Source: Antedon mediterranea
Taxonomy: Eukaryota > Animalia > Echinodermata
Length of the DNA stretch: 64,000 bases
Assembly: GCF_964355755.1 (NCBI RefSeq)
Contig: NC_092679.1
Span: forward strand, 7,656,201 to 7,720,200
Direction of reading: 5' to 3'
Under the pieces are notes generated by a model that ran no database searches, was not told the origin of the DNA, and was given only the letters and a program-made list of their open reading frames with translations. Of the stretch, positions 28,088 through 40,673 are shown piece after piece. Made by a program: the position numbers and the translations under genes. The first letter of the stretch is position 1. Each line of letters starts with the position of its first letter.

Positions 28088-29034
28088 GGGCCTGTTTCTG
28101 CTGAGCAGAAATAATCGATTATTAACCGTTTATTTTTTTAATCGATTATTTTTGGCCAGCAGAAACGGCGCAAAATAAAATAACCGATTAAAAATAACCG
28201 ATTAAAAACACTCAATCCATTGCGTGTTTTAATCGATTATTTCTTGTTTTAACCGATTATTGCGGAGCAGTTTTGAGCTGCAACACAAATAGCGATTATT
28301 GACCTCACTTTGACCTCTAGAGTATGACAAACTTATTCACGTCACAAAGCATGCTGTTTATTTGCGCGATATCGACGACAATCAGCAAAACCACGATCGC
28401 GATGTAGACCGAACAGGGAGTTGTTAACAACTCCCTGGACCGAATAACAATCAAATGTTAAACATTTGATTTTTATTATTTTGTGGGGGAGAATTATACC
28501 CTACCGAGAGACTCCAGGATTCTGTGTTACAAGTACACCCGTTACATACCACCAGTCCAGGCTAACGATGTTTTACATGTCATTTTTTAGGCCTGTTGTC
28601 TGTTGACTTGTTTCGGTAGAAATATATAGCCTAGCTAGGCCTAGTTGGCCGAAGGTAAAACCAACGAACGGTGAAACGAACTTTTTTCGCCGACGTGTCC
28701 TTATTAATATAACATCATTATTCTGATTGTATGTGGTACGGTAGTAGGCCTAGATGTTTATTTTACAAATAATATAGCTTTACGTAAGACTAATTTTTAA
28801 TCCTACGTACATGTGAGAGTTTTTAGGCAGCGATAGGATGTAAACAAACCAACTCTCATCGGCCTTTCATAACTTGAACTGCGCTGTGGGGGAATGATGA
28901 CGTGATTTTAAAAACCGATTACCTGAATAACCGATTAAAGTCGTAGAAATTTTCAATTGCAACGCGATTATTTTTGTGGTTTGCGGTGACTGGAAAAAAT
29001 CGATTATTTTGATTTTTTCAGCAGAAACAGACCC
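28088..29034. mobile_element. Non-autonomous PIF/Harbinger-like element, inserted in a decayed MITE
   Basis: TIR GGGCCTGTTTCTGCTGA / TCAGCAGAAACAGACCC; TTT on both flanks; subterminal TAA[C/T]CGATTA repeats; TIR nearly identical to that of 5392-6179. Confidence 0.85.
28414..28437. mobile_element. 24-bp TIR-only micro-element with a 7-bp TSD
   Basis: Perfect palindrome CAGGGAGTTGTT|AACAACTCCCTG flanked by GACCGAA at 28407-28413 and 28438-28444. Confidence 0.75.
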
Positions 29035-29874
29035 TTTGACGCCAACACAACGACGACATTTTGGATGATTAATCGTGTCGTGATTGGTCAAAATACTTGC
29101 GGCACATTTACGTGCGTTGCGTTGCGTCCTATATAGTAAACACATATTTAGTGTTTTCTATAAAAAAAAAACAATATTGGCCAATATTGCCAGCATATTC
29201 ATAGTTGTGCGCTCAGTTAAACTCAATCGCTTATACGTAAATGTACGGTATTAAGTCTTACTTCATTATTTGAATAATCTTGGTCTAATGTCCTAATTAT
29301 TTGATCACATTGTAGGCAGTCTCTGTAGGTCCTACATAATTATAAATAGGCCTACAATTCAAAGTAGGGTTTGTGTAGTTTCTTGCCATAATGTGACCCT
29401 CTTTACCAAGGTGTTGCCATGGGTTAAGTCATCAAACAAGAAGGCACTGTATTGGAACGTAATAACTGCGTACTGTCACTAATCCCTAAATCTTAACCAT
29501 ATTAGGATGTAATACGCCAGCAATTGCATTCTATAAATAGATTTCACGGATATAAAAAAAAACAAAATCCAATAATGTTTCGAGCCGTCAAAACAAGTAC
29601 TCGAGACGAGTGATTTTAGGGATTTATGATTACTTACACACCTGTTGACACTGTCAAATCACGCGTACGACCTCGGTTCATGGAGGGGTTAATAACGAAA
29701 TATTGGAGCTATTCCAGATTCGTAATTCGTAATTTTAGTAATTGAATTCTTTCAATAAAGACATTTCAGACACATGATGGGTACGGTGTGTTTAATTATA
29801 CTGAGATTGACCCGGGTTGGTTTTGTACGCTTCTTGAACCGTGTGACTCTCCAAACCATCATAAAGCCAGCTGA

Positions 29875-30286
29875 AGCGTGGTTCCCACTAGCGACGCAAC
29901 ACAAGGACGTAACGCAACGCAAGTGAATTGACCAATCACAAGCGATGGCTTATTCGCTTGTTTCTGAAGCTTGGATCCCACTAGAACGTAACGCAAGGAC
30001 GTAAACGTAACGCAAGCGTTTTAACCAATGACAAGTAAAGTTATAGACAGTTAGCAATCACAAGCGAATAAGCCATCGCTTGTGATTGGTCAATTCACTT
30101 GCGTCGCGTTACGTCCTTGTGTTGCGTCGCTAGTGGGAACCAAGCTTTACATTCACTTGCGTTACGTCTTTGTGTTGCGTCGCTAGTGGGAACCACGCTT
30201 TAACTGTCTATAACTTCGCTTGTCATTGGTTAAAACGATTGCGTTGCGTTTGCGTCCTTGCGTTACGTTCTAGTGGGAACCAAGCT
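29875..30286. mobile_element. Nested cluster of GGTTCCCACTAG MITEs
   Basis: Two left TIRs and three right TIRs, each right TIR followed by TTA. Confidence 0.88.
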
Positions 30287-30669
30287 TTAAGTTGTGTTGC
30301 CAACCCAAGAACGTACGCGCAACGCAAATGAGTCATCGCGTTGCGTTGTGAACCAAGTTTTAGTAGAGTGGCTCTCTGTGATTTCACTTCCACAATACAT
30401 GTATTATTTATTTTTCTATTATTTAATATTTAACAAAAATGAACCTAAATTTGATTTGAGAATATCAATACAATAGTCGTGAACGTGCAAACAATTTATG
30501 ACCATCATTATAAATGACACATGTCAAAAAAACAAACGTACTCATATGATGTCCTCAAGGCCTTAAACTGGTACCGTTATATCGCACCATGTCTTACAAA
30601 CCTGTCAATCGACATCTTAAAATTTATGTTGGACAATTCGTACATCTTTTTCCATTGTGTTGTTTCAAT

Positions 30670-31512
30670 AGAGAGAAATGGCGAACCGCGATGACGTCAC
30701 TCAAATTTCACCGAGTGGGTATAGATTGTAAACAAACCATTTCGCCACATGTTTTTGTATGGGAAATTCCGATGGGTCGAGTTAAAAAGGTAGTTAGAAA
30801 AGAATGTTTAAAACACACATAATAGCAGTATCTTTTTTTTTTTGCAACACCCTTAACAATTTTAATGTTATATGGGCAAATCTTAACATATTTTATTTCA
30901 ATTTGGATTGAATTAAGACGCGTTTTTGTTATATACTGTACCCAGCTCTAGGCCCTAGATAGTTTCGCTGATGCTGCGTAGTACCTCGAGTAGGCCTACT
31001 CGAGCGAGCCTAGCACGGATTATCGGTTATTATTTATAATAATAATAAATAATAATAATATTGGAAATTCGTTATTGCATACTGTACTACTACTACTACT
31101 TTAGCTAGGGTGCTGCTAAGCCTCTCCTAGCTAGGTAGTAAGACTAAATAGAGCATCTCTAGTAGACGTAGGCCTAGCATTTAGTTTCAGCTTGACAACT
31201 GCCATTTTGTTATGTGATGCTTCCTGCAGGGGGGCTACCGCCAGTAATGAATACTTGATAACACCATTCTACTATAATACTATAGGCCTAGTCTAATGTA
31301 GACCTACAGATATGAGATATTTTTAGGAATATGATTGTGAATGATGGATGACTAAATACACAAATAGAAAAAGAATTATGCGTTACAGCAACAACATTGG
31401 TTAGACGACGCCATGATTCACGTGTATAAACATAGGAAATGTGCCGCCCTCAACGGTTTGTTATGATTTTATACCCACTCGGATTTTAGACGTCGGTTCG
31501 CCATTTCTCTCT
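30670..31512. mobile_element. Non-autonomous DNA transposon, ISL2EU-like
   Basis: TIR AGAGAGAAATGGCGAACCG / CGGTTCGCCATTTCTCTCT in a CAAT...ATTG context (possible AT TSD); no ORF. The family assignment is inferred from the termini only. Confidence 0.7.
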
Positions 31513-32430
31513 ATTGGGAGGGAACGATTTATAATAGGTCAAATAACATGAAGCATATCAACAAATAAACATGATTTGTAACAAAACGGATAAAGAATGT
31601 GAAAACAACGACTTGTAAAAAAACAATTAGTAATTACAACAAGCAGTAACTGCAAATCATTGAAATATTAACTGTGACGCAGTTTTGATCTGGATGTCAA
31701 ACAGTTTCATGAGGGCGCCGTTATAGTTTTTATTTAAATTTGTAACAATTCATGATGTTATTTTGTTGAAAATCAGAATCAACAAACATATATATAATGT
31801 AGACATTATTAATAGACAGTTGTTATATTAATATCTCAATAATCTGAGAAAGAAATATAATGCGTTTATTATAATAATCGATGTATTTTTTTTACTTATG
31901 ATACTAAGTATTTTTGAATAGCGCCCCCAATATCTGAGGTGACATAACATTACATACAAAATTAAATCATGGAGCTATAAATTATTAGGCTACTACACAG
32001 TCTACTATGTGATTATAGCGTGTCATAAGATGCAACTTACCAGACATCTAGAATCTTTTTCAAAAGTAGAAAGTGAAATCTCGTAGAAACGGAGCCTAAA
32101 TAATAAAACTAATTTACCGTACCAATCTGAGGACAACATCATCATCATACCATACTAGTGAGTTCATTCATTCTTGCAGCAGTATATATATGACCAAGTT
32201 ACACAAAAATATACGGTTTTTAGAATATGTTTTTTCATTCAAATGCATAAGCAAATACATTCTATTAAATTATTATTTTATTTATTATTACAGTATATAG
32301 GTGTACAATATGCAATTAATAGAATACAAATTTATTACAATATAAATAGATTATTAATACTGATATATTTCAAGCTGATTACAACTAAATGCATGAGGCC
32401 TAGTATATAGCAGGTTTTGTCTAAATCTAA

Positions 32431-32587
32431 AGCTTGGTTTCCACCAGAGACGCAACGCAAGGACGTGGACGCAATGCAAGTAAATTGACCATCACAAGCG
32501 ACCGTACGAATAATCCATCGCTTGCGATTGGTCAAATCACTCACGTTGCGTTACGTGCTTTCGTTGCGTTGCCAAGGGAATCAAGCT
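32431..32587. mobile_element. Diverged GGTTCCCACTAG-family MITE
   Basis: AGCTTGGTTTCCACCAG...GGGAATCAAGCT with TAA on both flanks. Confidence 0.8.
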
Positions 32588-33319
32588 TAAACGCGTTTGA
32601 ACTCGCATTTGTGTGATACATCACGGGCATACTCTTACTGTCAACCTAACAGACCGTCCTACATAACAGACCCACATACAACAATACAACTACCGCCGTA
32701 CCTGTACTATTTTAACTGTAGGCTTAAACATAACCGATTAATCGTTTCAATGCGTGACAGTATTATAATATTAATAATTAATAAGATTAAAATATACAAT
32801 TCATTTAAGCTAATTCCCTTGGATTAGCATAGTCAATGTCCCATACGAATACATAATGCTACTAATTTCATACTACTATACTATCAAGGATACGACGACA
32901 ACATTCAAGGAAACGCGTGCTAATTACAACAGCACCAGTATTACTAACAATGACACAAGTCCATTAATGAATCAGAACAATAAAATAATGACAAACAAGG
33001 CAACGCAATTGGGTACGCGCAACGCAAGTAAAATTGACCAATCAAAATTGACATTTCGTATGATCCACTTTGATTGATCGTCCTTCTTGTGTGAACCAAT
33101 CTGTAGGGCTTATAAGTAATAGAATCACCATGCATTAAGTTCCGGATCGATATGTTAATGTATTGTCATAAAAGATCGATACACAGTACACAAGGCTCGT
33201 TTGAATATAATATTCATGCGTCCTATCGAACACATATGTGATACAGTTTCACGTATTTACGTTAGCATCAATCAAGTCACATTTGTTTTAAGATTGTGAC
33301 GTATACATATTATAATTTA

Positions 33320-36300
33320 TCATACATCAAAATATTTTTTCATAATTGTGACCATTTCGTCTCCAGTTGTGTCCCGCATTTTTAACTGTGCTGCCTTTTT
33401 GGTATATTCACTTGTTTGGTATCGTAAATGTTTATTCTCGGAAACAAGGACACTGTGTATAACGTCTGCTACCTCTTCAGCGGTCTGCATTATCTCAGTC
33501 GTTTCTTTGAAAATGTTCGTGAAGAATGTATCGTATTGTTGCTGGGAGACGGTGTCGTCTGGTACGACGTCACCTACTGTCGTAGCCGCCTCACCGTTTA
33601 CGACGTTGAGCGCCATTGCATTCGCAACGAAGTTCGTCGATACAAAACCTGGCTCTATCAAACATACACTGTGTAATACAAAAACAGAAAACAGTCACAG
33701 TATAGCAATTTAGTAGAAACCTTAAGGATTCACATTTGGTACCCCAACAAAACCTCCACTTAGGAGGGCTCCTAAATTTGGGTTACTCATGTATTAGAAC
33801 TCTTCCAAGTGTTAGTTTCTTGGAAATGTGTCTTCTTTTATGAAAAAAATCCACTATAATTCCAGTACCCAAAAACAATAGTACTAAGCACTAATGAAGT
33901 AAACAAGTTCACTTACTCAATGTTATGAAGTTTTAAAACTGGGGCTAACGATTCACTAAAACCTTCGATTGCAAACTTAGACCCACAGTAAGCATCATTA
34001 AACGGATAGCCTGTAAAATATAATTATAATGTTTTATTATCTTAGGCTGAGATGTTCATATAATATTGTAGATACACGTATTCGAAAAGATACAGGGGAT
34101 CGTCGCCTCACCAAGGCTATCATGATGTGTGTGTACTTATTTTGGTAGGCTGCTGCCGTGGACCTAATTAGAATTTCCCCAGCTTCCAGTTAAGTTTGAG
34201 GATGATAATAAATACAGTGTACGCAGTATGGCAATGTACGTAGTAATATGGCTTACATTACGCGTTATTAAGCGTGGTTCCCACTAGCGACGCAACGCAG
34301 CGACGTTTTGACGCAAAGTGCTGTATTGTGTAATCACAACGCAACAGTGCTGCAAAAATCGCAGATTTGATTTCACGCAGGTGGGGGCAAACACAATTAT
34401 CGGAAGGGCATTTTCTTACGTTGCGTAAGTTGCGTTACGTTGCGTCGCTAGTGGAAACCACGCTTAAGAGGGATTTCGATTTGCGAAGATTTATTGTGCG
34501 TATGCGTTTGAGTTTGGTTTGGCAATTTGTCGAGTCGTCGTTTTTGGGTCCTTGAAAAAACAAACATGTTTTCGAAATCGGTTTTAGTGGATGAAGACGT
34601 GGGACAAATGACGTAACGCATAGTTTACATAAGTCCTGTGCTAGGTCGTCACAATCTCCCTATTTGAATGAATAAATGAATAGTTACGGTTCTATTATCC
34701 ACACACATAATCTTATTTACAAAGATCTGAATTATATTTCGCAATATGAACGATCTACTTTGTAAAATATAGTCACGTAATGTCCAATCTGAACATGTCC
34801 AATGTGATCAAACAACATTCTAAGCTTGATTATTTTTATAGGAAGCAGACACAATAATGTGAATGAAAACAGTAAATGACAATAACAGCAGTGAAATCGT
34901 TGGAGTTAAGCCTACTAATGATGCGTTAATGTGATGCAGCACATACATTAAAGTAAATACGTAATATTAACGTACAAAGTGGAACAAAATAACCGACATT
35001 ACTCACGATACCGTGAACCCATCACAAAAACAAATGTTAAATGTGTGTATGAGCTGAAAGCGTGATTCTCACCAGCAACGCAATGACGTAGTGATGCAAA
35101 GTGCTGTATTGCGTAATCACAAGTGGGAACGCAATATGATGCAAACATCGTCGCAGGTTTGATATCACGCAAACGGGGGAAAGCACAATTTTTTCTAATT
35201 AATTCATTTTCTTACGTTGTGTATGTTGCGTTACGTTGCGTCGCTGGTGTAACCAAGCTTAAAGCTAGGTTCCCACTAGGACCTAAAGCTTGGTTCCCAC
35301 TAGCAGCCTACGCAACGTAAGAAAATGCCCTTCCGATAATTTTGTTTGCCCCTGCCTTACGCGATATAAAGCACTTGGCGTCGATACATCGCTGCGTTAC
35401 GTTACGTTGCGTTCTAGTGGGGACCACGTTTTAGCGAGCGTGTCGCAAGTAATTTAACCAAACGCGATGAACTGTCGCTTGTGATTGGTAAACTCATTTA
35501 CTCACTTACCCATGAAACCAGCTTGGCTGGACATATTAATAATACACCCACTAGACTGTTTCTTCATATACGGTACGACAGCTCTAGTTAATGCCACAGT
35601 TCCTAAGAAGTTTGTTTCAAATACCAAGCGTATCGTGTCCATGCTTGTTTTTTCCAAAACTCCAAAGTTACCGATTCCTGCGTTGTTCACTTAAAACAAA
35701 AAATCGAAAACAACATAAGTTACAACTAGACTTATACTATAATTCCATTTGATAAGTTATGTATGGGATTTTTCCTATTATCAATCATATACCATATTTC
35801 ACAATTAAAAAAGAAAACTGTACACACTATAGGCCTATAAGGTCGGGCCTATTTATATATAGATTATTGTTTTGTAATTATTACTTAATATAGGTACAAT
35901 ATAATATTGATAGACACTAAGACACTATCAATATTAGACTATAAACGTCTGTATTCATTGTCTTTTATTTTATTTGTTATTATTTCGATTTTTGTCTGAG
36001 TATCCAAACTCAAGTAGTATACGTATGAAACGCCATATGTGCCAAAATATTTATCTTTTTAGTAATTAAAACAAAACTCCGTCTGGAAACCCAGACTATA
36101 TCAATATAAAAGAATTGTGTTTTGATCAATCAATTGATCAAATAATTGTAAAGTATAGACCTATATCAGCACTTTTTAACTTGTTTCCGTGTTACGTACT
36201 TGTGCATTACATTAAGAAGCTCAACAATATGGACTCATTGAATTAGCCAGTGATACTATTTTAAGAACAGTGGGATTAAACTTATTATCGACGCTTTAAC

Positions 36301-39300
36301 AGCTAATCCTATAAAACCGCGAAATACGTAAATCTTAATTTGTTTTGGCGCGAAGCCATATTTCGGGTCCCATACCTCGTATACACTTTTACGGGCGTCT
36401 TCAAATTGTAAGATTTCTTTGTGAAACATTTTCTCAATCCATTCGTTAAATTGACCTCAAAAACTAATAATGTTGTGATTAAAACGTAATCAAGAAATAT
36501 AAATATTTAAGCCTCCCTTAAGCTGTGGATCTCATAACATATGTTACCAATGTCAAATCATGAAGAAATATTTGTCAATTGGTCAACTTATAGTAGAGTG
36601 AAAAAAATAGTTAACATTGTTATTGAAGAAATATGAAACTCTCGTCTTTGACAACCCAGGGGACAACCCAATCCCGCGAGTGCTAAAAAGGTAGGCCTAT
36701 GCTATCTGTTGCTTCCTGGCTTTTTTAGTTTGAATCGAACAAACCGGCATGAAACGAAAAGAAATATTGTTGAATTATTGTTACACATGATAAACTACTA
36801 ATAATACGTACGTTGACAGTGATGATTTGTTATGATGTGGTTTGTTGTAGGTCATTACGAATGTAAATTTTACTTCCGGTATGATTTTGGATTGTACAAT
36901 ATAATTCGACCATTGTTTTATATAATAATAGGCCTACATAAACACAACAAGAAATGTCTATGTTTGCACATAACGAAACTGTAATTACTACATTTCAAAT
37001 TAAAAAATATTACGGACCCGTAATGTTTCGATTAAAGGGTACAATATTGATGCGTCGGGAAGTATAAGTTTAGAGTGCGCGGTTATGGACTAAAATGACG
37101 CGCAGCGTCTTCTAAAATCCGACACAATATTACTATAGGCCTAGTCTTCTTATAGATTGATCATTCTGTCGGTTGGCTCCTATCATATTTGATTTCATTA
37201 AAAGAAAGTCGCTATATTCCCAGAAAGGACCCTTTTCCACAAAAATGACGAATTTCGTCATTTTAAAGTTAATTAGATTTAAAATACAGTATACCTTTTT
37301 CATCCATGAGTCTTCCGTGATATGTGGTAAACGTGTAAATAGGGGTAATAATAATGTCCGGTAATTTCCTTGCTTAACACGGATACAATTACTGATAACT
37401 TACCGATTATGTCTATCTTTTTATCCTTCTCAATTACTTCATTAACGACCGCACTTATTGTCGTCTTGTTTGTAACATCCAACTCTCGTACAAAGATCGT
37501 CTTATTAAGTAATTCTCCGCTTTTTTCTTCCAAGTCACTTCTTTTGTCGAGGTTTCGCATTGTCGCATATACCTGTATATTGAATATGAGATATGAGTTG
37601 AAACTCGGACCTTTTTCTAGTATATTATTAATATGGAGTGCGCCCTTCATTTATTTATTTTTAATGGTGATTTATGATGGTATTTTTTAAAAATCGCCTA
37701 ATCACAATGTTATTTAGGTGTTACTTAAATAATGTGTGACGAAAGTTTCGTGCGTTGATGATAACCGTATCGTCTTGTTTCACCGTTGGATATAGACTAG
37801 AATATAAGTATTGTAACAACGTCGTTGACTAATCATAATATTAACATGTACAACATTTTTAGTTTCTTTCTCCGATTAAAATCTATATATTTGTGCAGGT
37901 ACGGATTCCCAACTACTGCTAACAACAAGGTTAACTATATAGCTAACAATAGTATCCAATCGATTTATCTTCTTCGCGTCTCTTCCTAATAATCTAAATA
38001 ATTGTAATATAAAGGCTAATATCTAATAACAAACCTAGATGATATTATTAACGTTTCTGATCACGCGGATTACTGTAATATTAATGCATGTTCTGACAAT
38101 AACCTATTTCTGCGCCTCCTAATGCTTGGTTCACACTAGGGACGCAACGCAATGATGTAAGCGCAACGCAAGTAATTTGACCAATCACAAGTGATGAATT
38201 ATTTGTCGCTGAAGCTTGGTTCCCACTAGAACGTAACGCAAGGACGTAAACGCAACGCAAGCGTTTTAACCAATGACAAGCGAAGTTATAGACAGTTAGC
38301 AATCACAAGCGAATAAGCCATCGCTTGTGATTGGTCAATTCACTTGCGTTGCGTTACGTCCTTGCGTTGCGTGGCTAGTGGGAACCACGCTTAAAGCTTA
38401 GTTTCTACTTGGACGCAACGCAAGGACGTAGACGCTACACAAACGACTTGACCAATGACAAACGACAGTCGATAAAATCCATCGCTTGTGATTGGTCAAT
38501 CCCTTACGTTACGCTACCGTACGTCGTGTGTAACTGTTGCGTCTCTAGTGGAAACCAATCATTATCATTGGTCAATTCCCTTGCGCTGTGCTTACGTCTT
38601 ATATAGTGAGAACCAAGCTTTAAACAGGATATTATTCCCAGATATATTATGTATATTTTTCAATTTGTGCTATTTGATATTCCTTATTATGTTCATTATC
38701 TCTCATGAGGATTGACCGTAATTATCTGAACTCGTTCATCAATCATCATAGTGTTTCTTGGAAGCGATACATGTACAGGATATACTAATGAATCAATGTG
38801 TTTAGCATTTCTTGACCGCCGTACGTATAGACCATATTACGGATATATAGGCACGGGAACTATGATTATCAAATATTATTATATTTGATAAAAGAATGTG
38901 TATGTGCGTTTGTGGTATATTCATTATTATACTGTACTTAGGCTTGAACCTAGCCCTCCCAGGTTTAAGGCAAGCATCTTAATAAAAGAATACCAACACA
39001 TGATCATTTGCGTTTTCTACATTTAATCAAACAGTAGCCGTTGTCACAGTAGATATAGTATCTGATAAATTATGTAAATATCCTTCTCTCGTTGGTTCAA
39101 CGTCTAATTTAGCGTCTGTCTGTAGTTTACAATACCCCGGTATTATTCCATGCTGATTTTCTGAATAATCCATTTGTTTGGGAGTAAAGAATATTATTAT
39201 TATTTTTTCACCGGTTTTAACAAAAACCACGAATTTACGAATAAGAGTAATTGCTTCACATCGTAACAACACTGCATGGTTTAATTCCCCGTGGTTAGGC

Positions 39301-39754
39301 TATATCTCAGGTTTTAATACCCATTGGAATGCCCTTACTTCAACAATACACAGCAGTGAGATTAAATCGATACAATTGAAATTTGTTATACTAGGCCTAC
39401 AAGAAAATACATATGCTAGCCTAAGTTTAAATTTGAACTGTTTGAGTCCGTATGATATCAGTGGTGAAAACTGACGATTCGTGAATAAATAATATCATAA
39501 TTTTAAGATGAAGATCTAGGGTTTCTATAAGATGAGGATGGAATGATGACATGATGATGAACGAACACCAACAATTATATGTCAACTTTTGCTATCATTA
39601 AAGCCATTGTATGAATATTATAATCAGAATTTATAACGTCGCTTTCTACAGCAAGGCCTACCTTATATTGAGCTTGATCCCTAGCCAACTTCAGCGCCGT
39701 TGCCAGGCCTATTCCAGATGAACATCCCGTAATGATTACAGTCTTCGGAGGCAT
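33320..39754 (-). CDS. Classical short-chain dehydrogenase/reductase, retinol dehydrogenase 8 / 17beta-HSD1-like, 294 aa (exons 39754-39662, 37572-37404, 35689-35510, 34010-33917, 33668-33320)
   Basis: Motifs [27 protein letters not shown], catalytic YCGSK and IEPG. All introns are GT-AG (phases 0,1,1,2) and the exons sum to 885 bp with no internal stop. Confidence 0.93.
34271..34464. mobile_element. GGTTCCCACTAG-family MITE in an SDR intron
   Basis: AGCGTGGTTCCCACTAG...CTAGTGGAAACCACGCT, flanked by TTA and TAA. Confidence 0.85.
35059..35430. mobile_element. Cluster of adjacent or nested GGTTCCCACTAG MITEs
   Basis: Several TIR copies (35059, about 35262, about 35287, 35430) with family-typical internal sequence. 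Confidence 0.8.
35935..36098. mobile_element. 164-bp AcademH-like non-autonomous element
   Basis: TAGACT...GTCTGGAAACCCAGACTA with 9-bp TSD TATCAATAT (35926-35934, 36099-36107); its right end is nearly identical to that of 50670-51620. Confidence 0.8.
38123..38619. mobile_element. Cluster of nested or tandem GGTTCCCACTAG MITEs
   Basis: An intact copy at about 38213-38391 lies among older, diverged copies. Confidence 0.85.
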
Positions 39755-40673
39755 CTTGCTTTAAACTGAAATTCTACTTTCCAATTGTGTATTTATTCTG
39801 CAAAACGGAAAACTATTTACTGTTATTTTTATGCCTGACGATGCATGAATCACGTTTTAAGTGACGTTGGAGTGTTACCTTTGTCTAGTCCAAACTTCGA
39901 GAACTGTTACTACTACTCTCAGTGAATTAACGATATATGGCACAGTGACCTGTGCTATCTTCTTGTTTATGAGTAATCCGATCACATTTGGATTCATTGG
40001 CGCTCTTTATGTCCCAGAGGCACTTAAATAATGTACTGATTACTGGGAACACAAAATGCGTGAAGTATGACGATAACGTGTGCCAAATAAATAATTAAAG
40101 TCTGAATTATTAATGAATATTCACACCAAGGGTCAAGGACCGCCGGCTGCATTGTTTGAAAAGTACCGTAGAATTTATTCGAAAATAATTAATTGTTTTC
40201 TCCACACAAGATTCCTCATTTAGTACTGTATTCTTATTTATATAATTATAATTGTTGATAATATTATACTGTATATAGTAAAATAAATAAATGAGTATAA
40301 AATAGTTGGAACGAGCTTCGGAGTTATTTAAACCAAAATTATTGGCCCATAAATACTTTCAATACCTTGAAAATGCATGTTAGCAAGAGTGTGGGAGATA
40401 GGGTTGATGCTGAGGTCGGTTATGTATACAATAGGCCCGTGAATCAAATATACAATTCAAGCTGGCTTTACGACGACTTGGTTATCATTGAAACTGGTAA
40501 TATTAAAATGATACAGACGTACCCAACGGTCCAAAAAATTGTGTTAAGCAGTAAATTTTCCGGAAATTCCAATATTTTACGTTTTGTTCATATCTTCCAA
40601 TCAATGTATTTGCGATGTTAACAGCATGGTGTTGAAACTGTATACAAAATGAAAGGGATGGAAGATGACAGAC

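Noticed and set aside
36210-37315. Possible DNA transposon in SDR intron 2
   Set aside because: Only a 7-bp inverted match (GACTCAT/ATGAGTC) and no TSD could be found.
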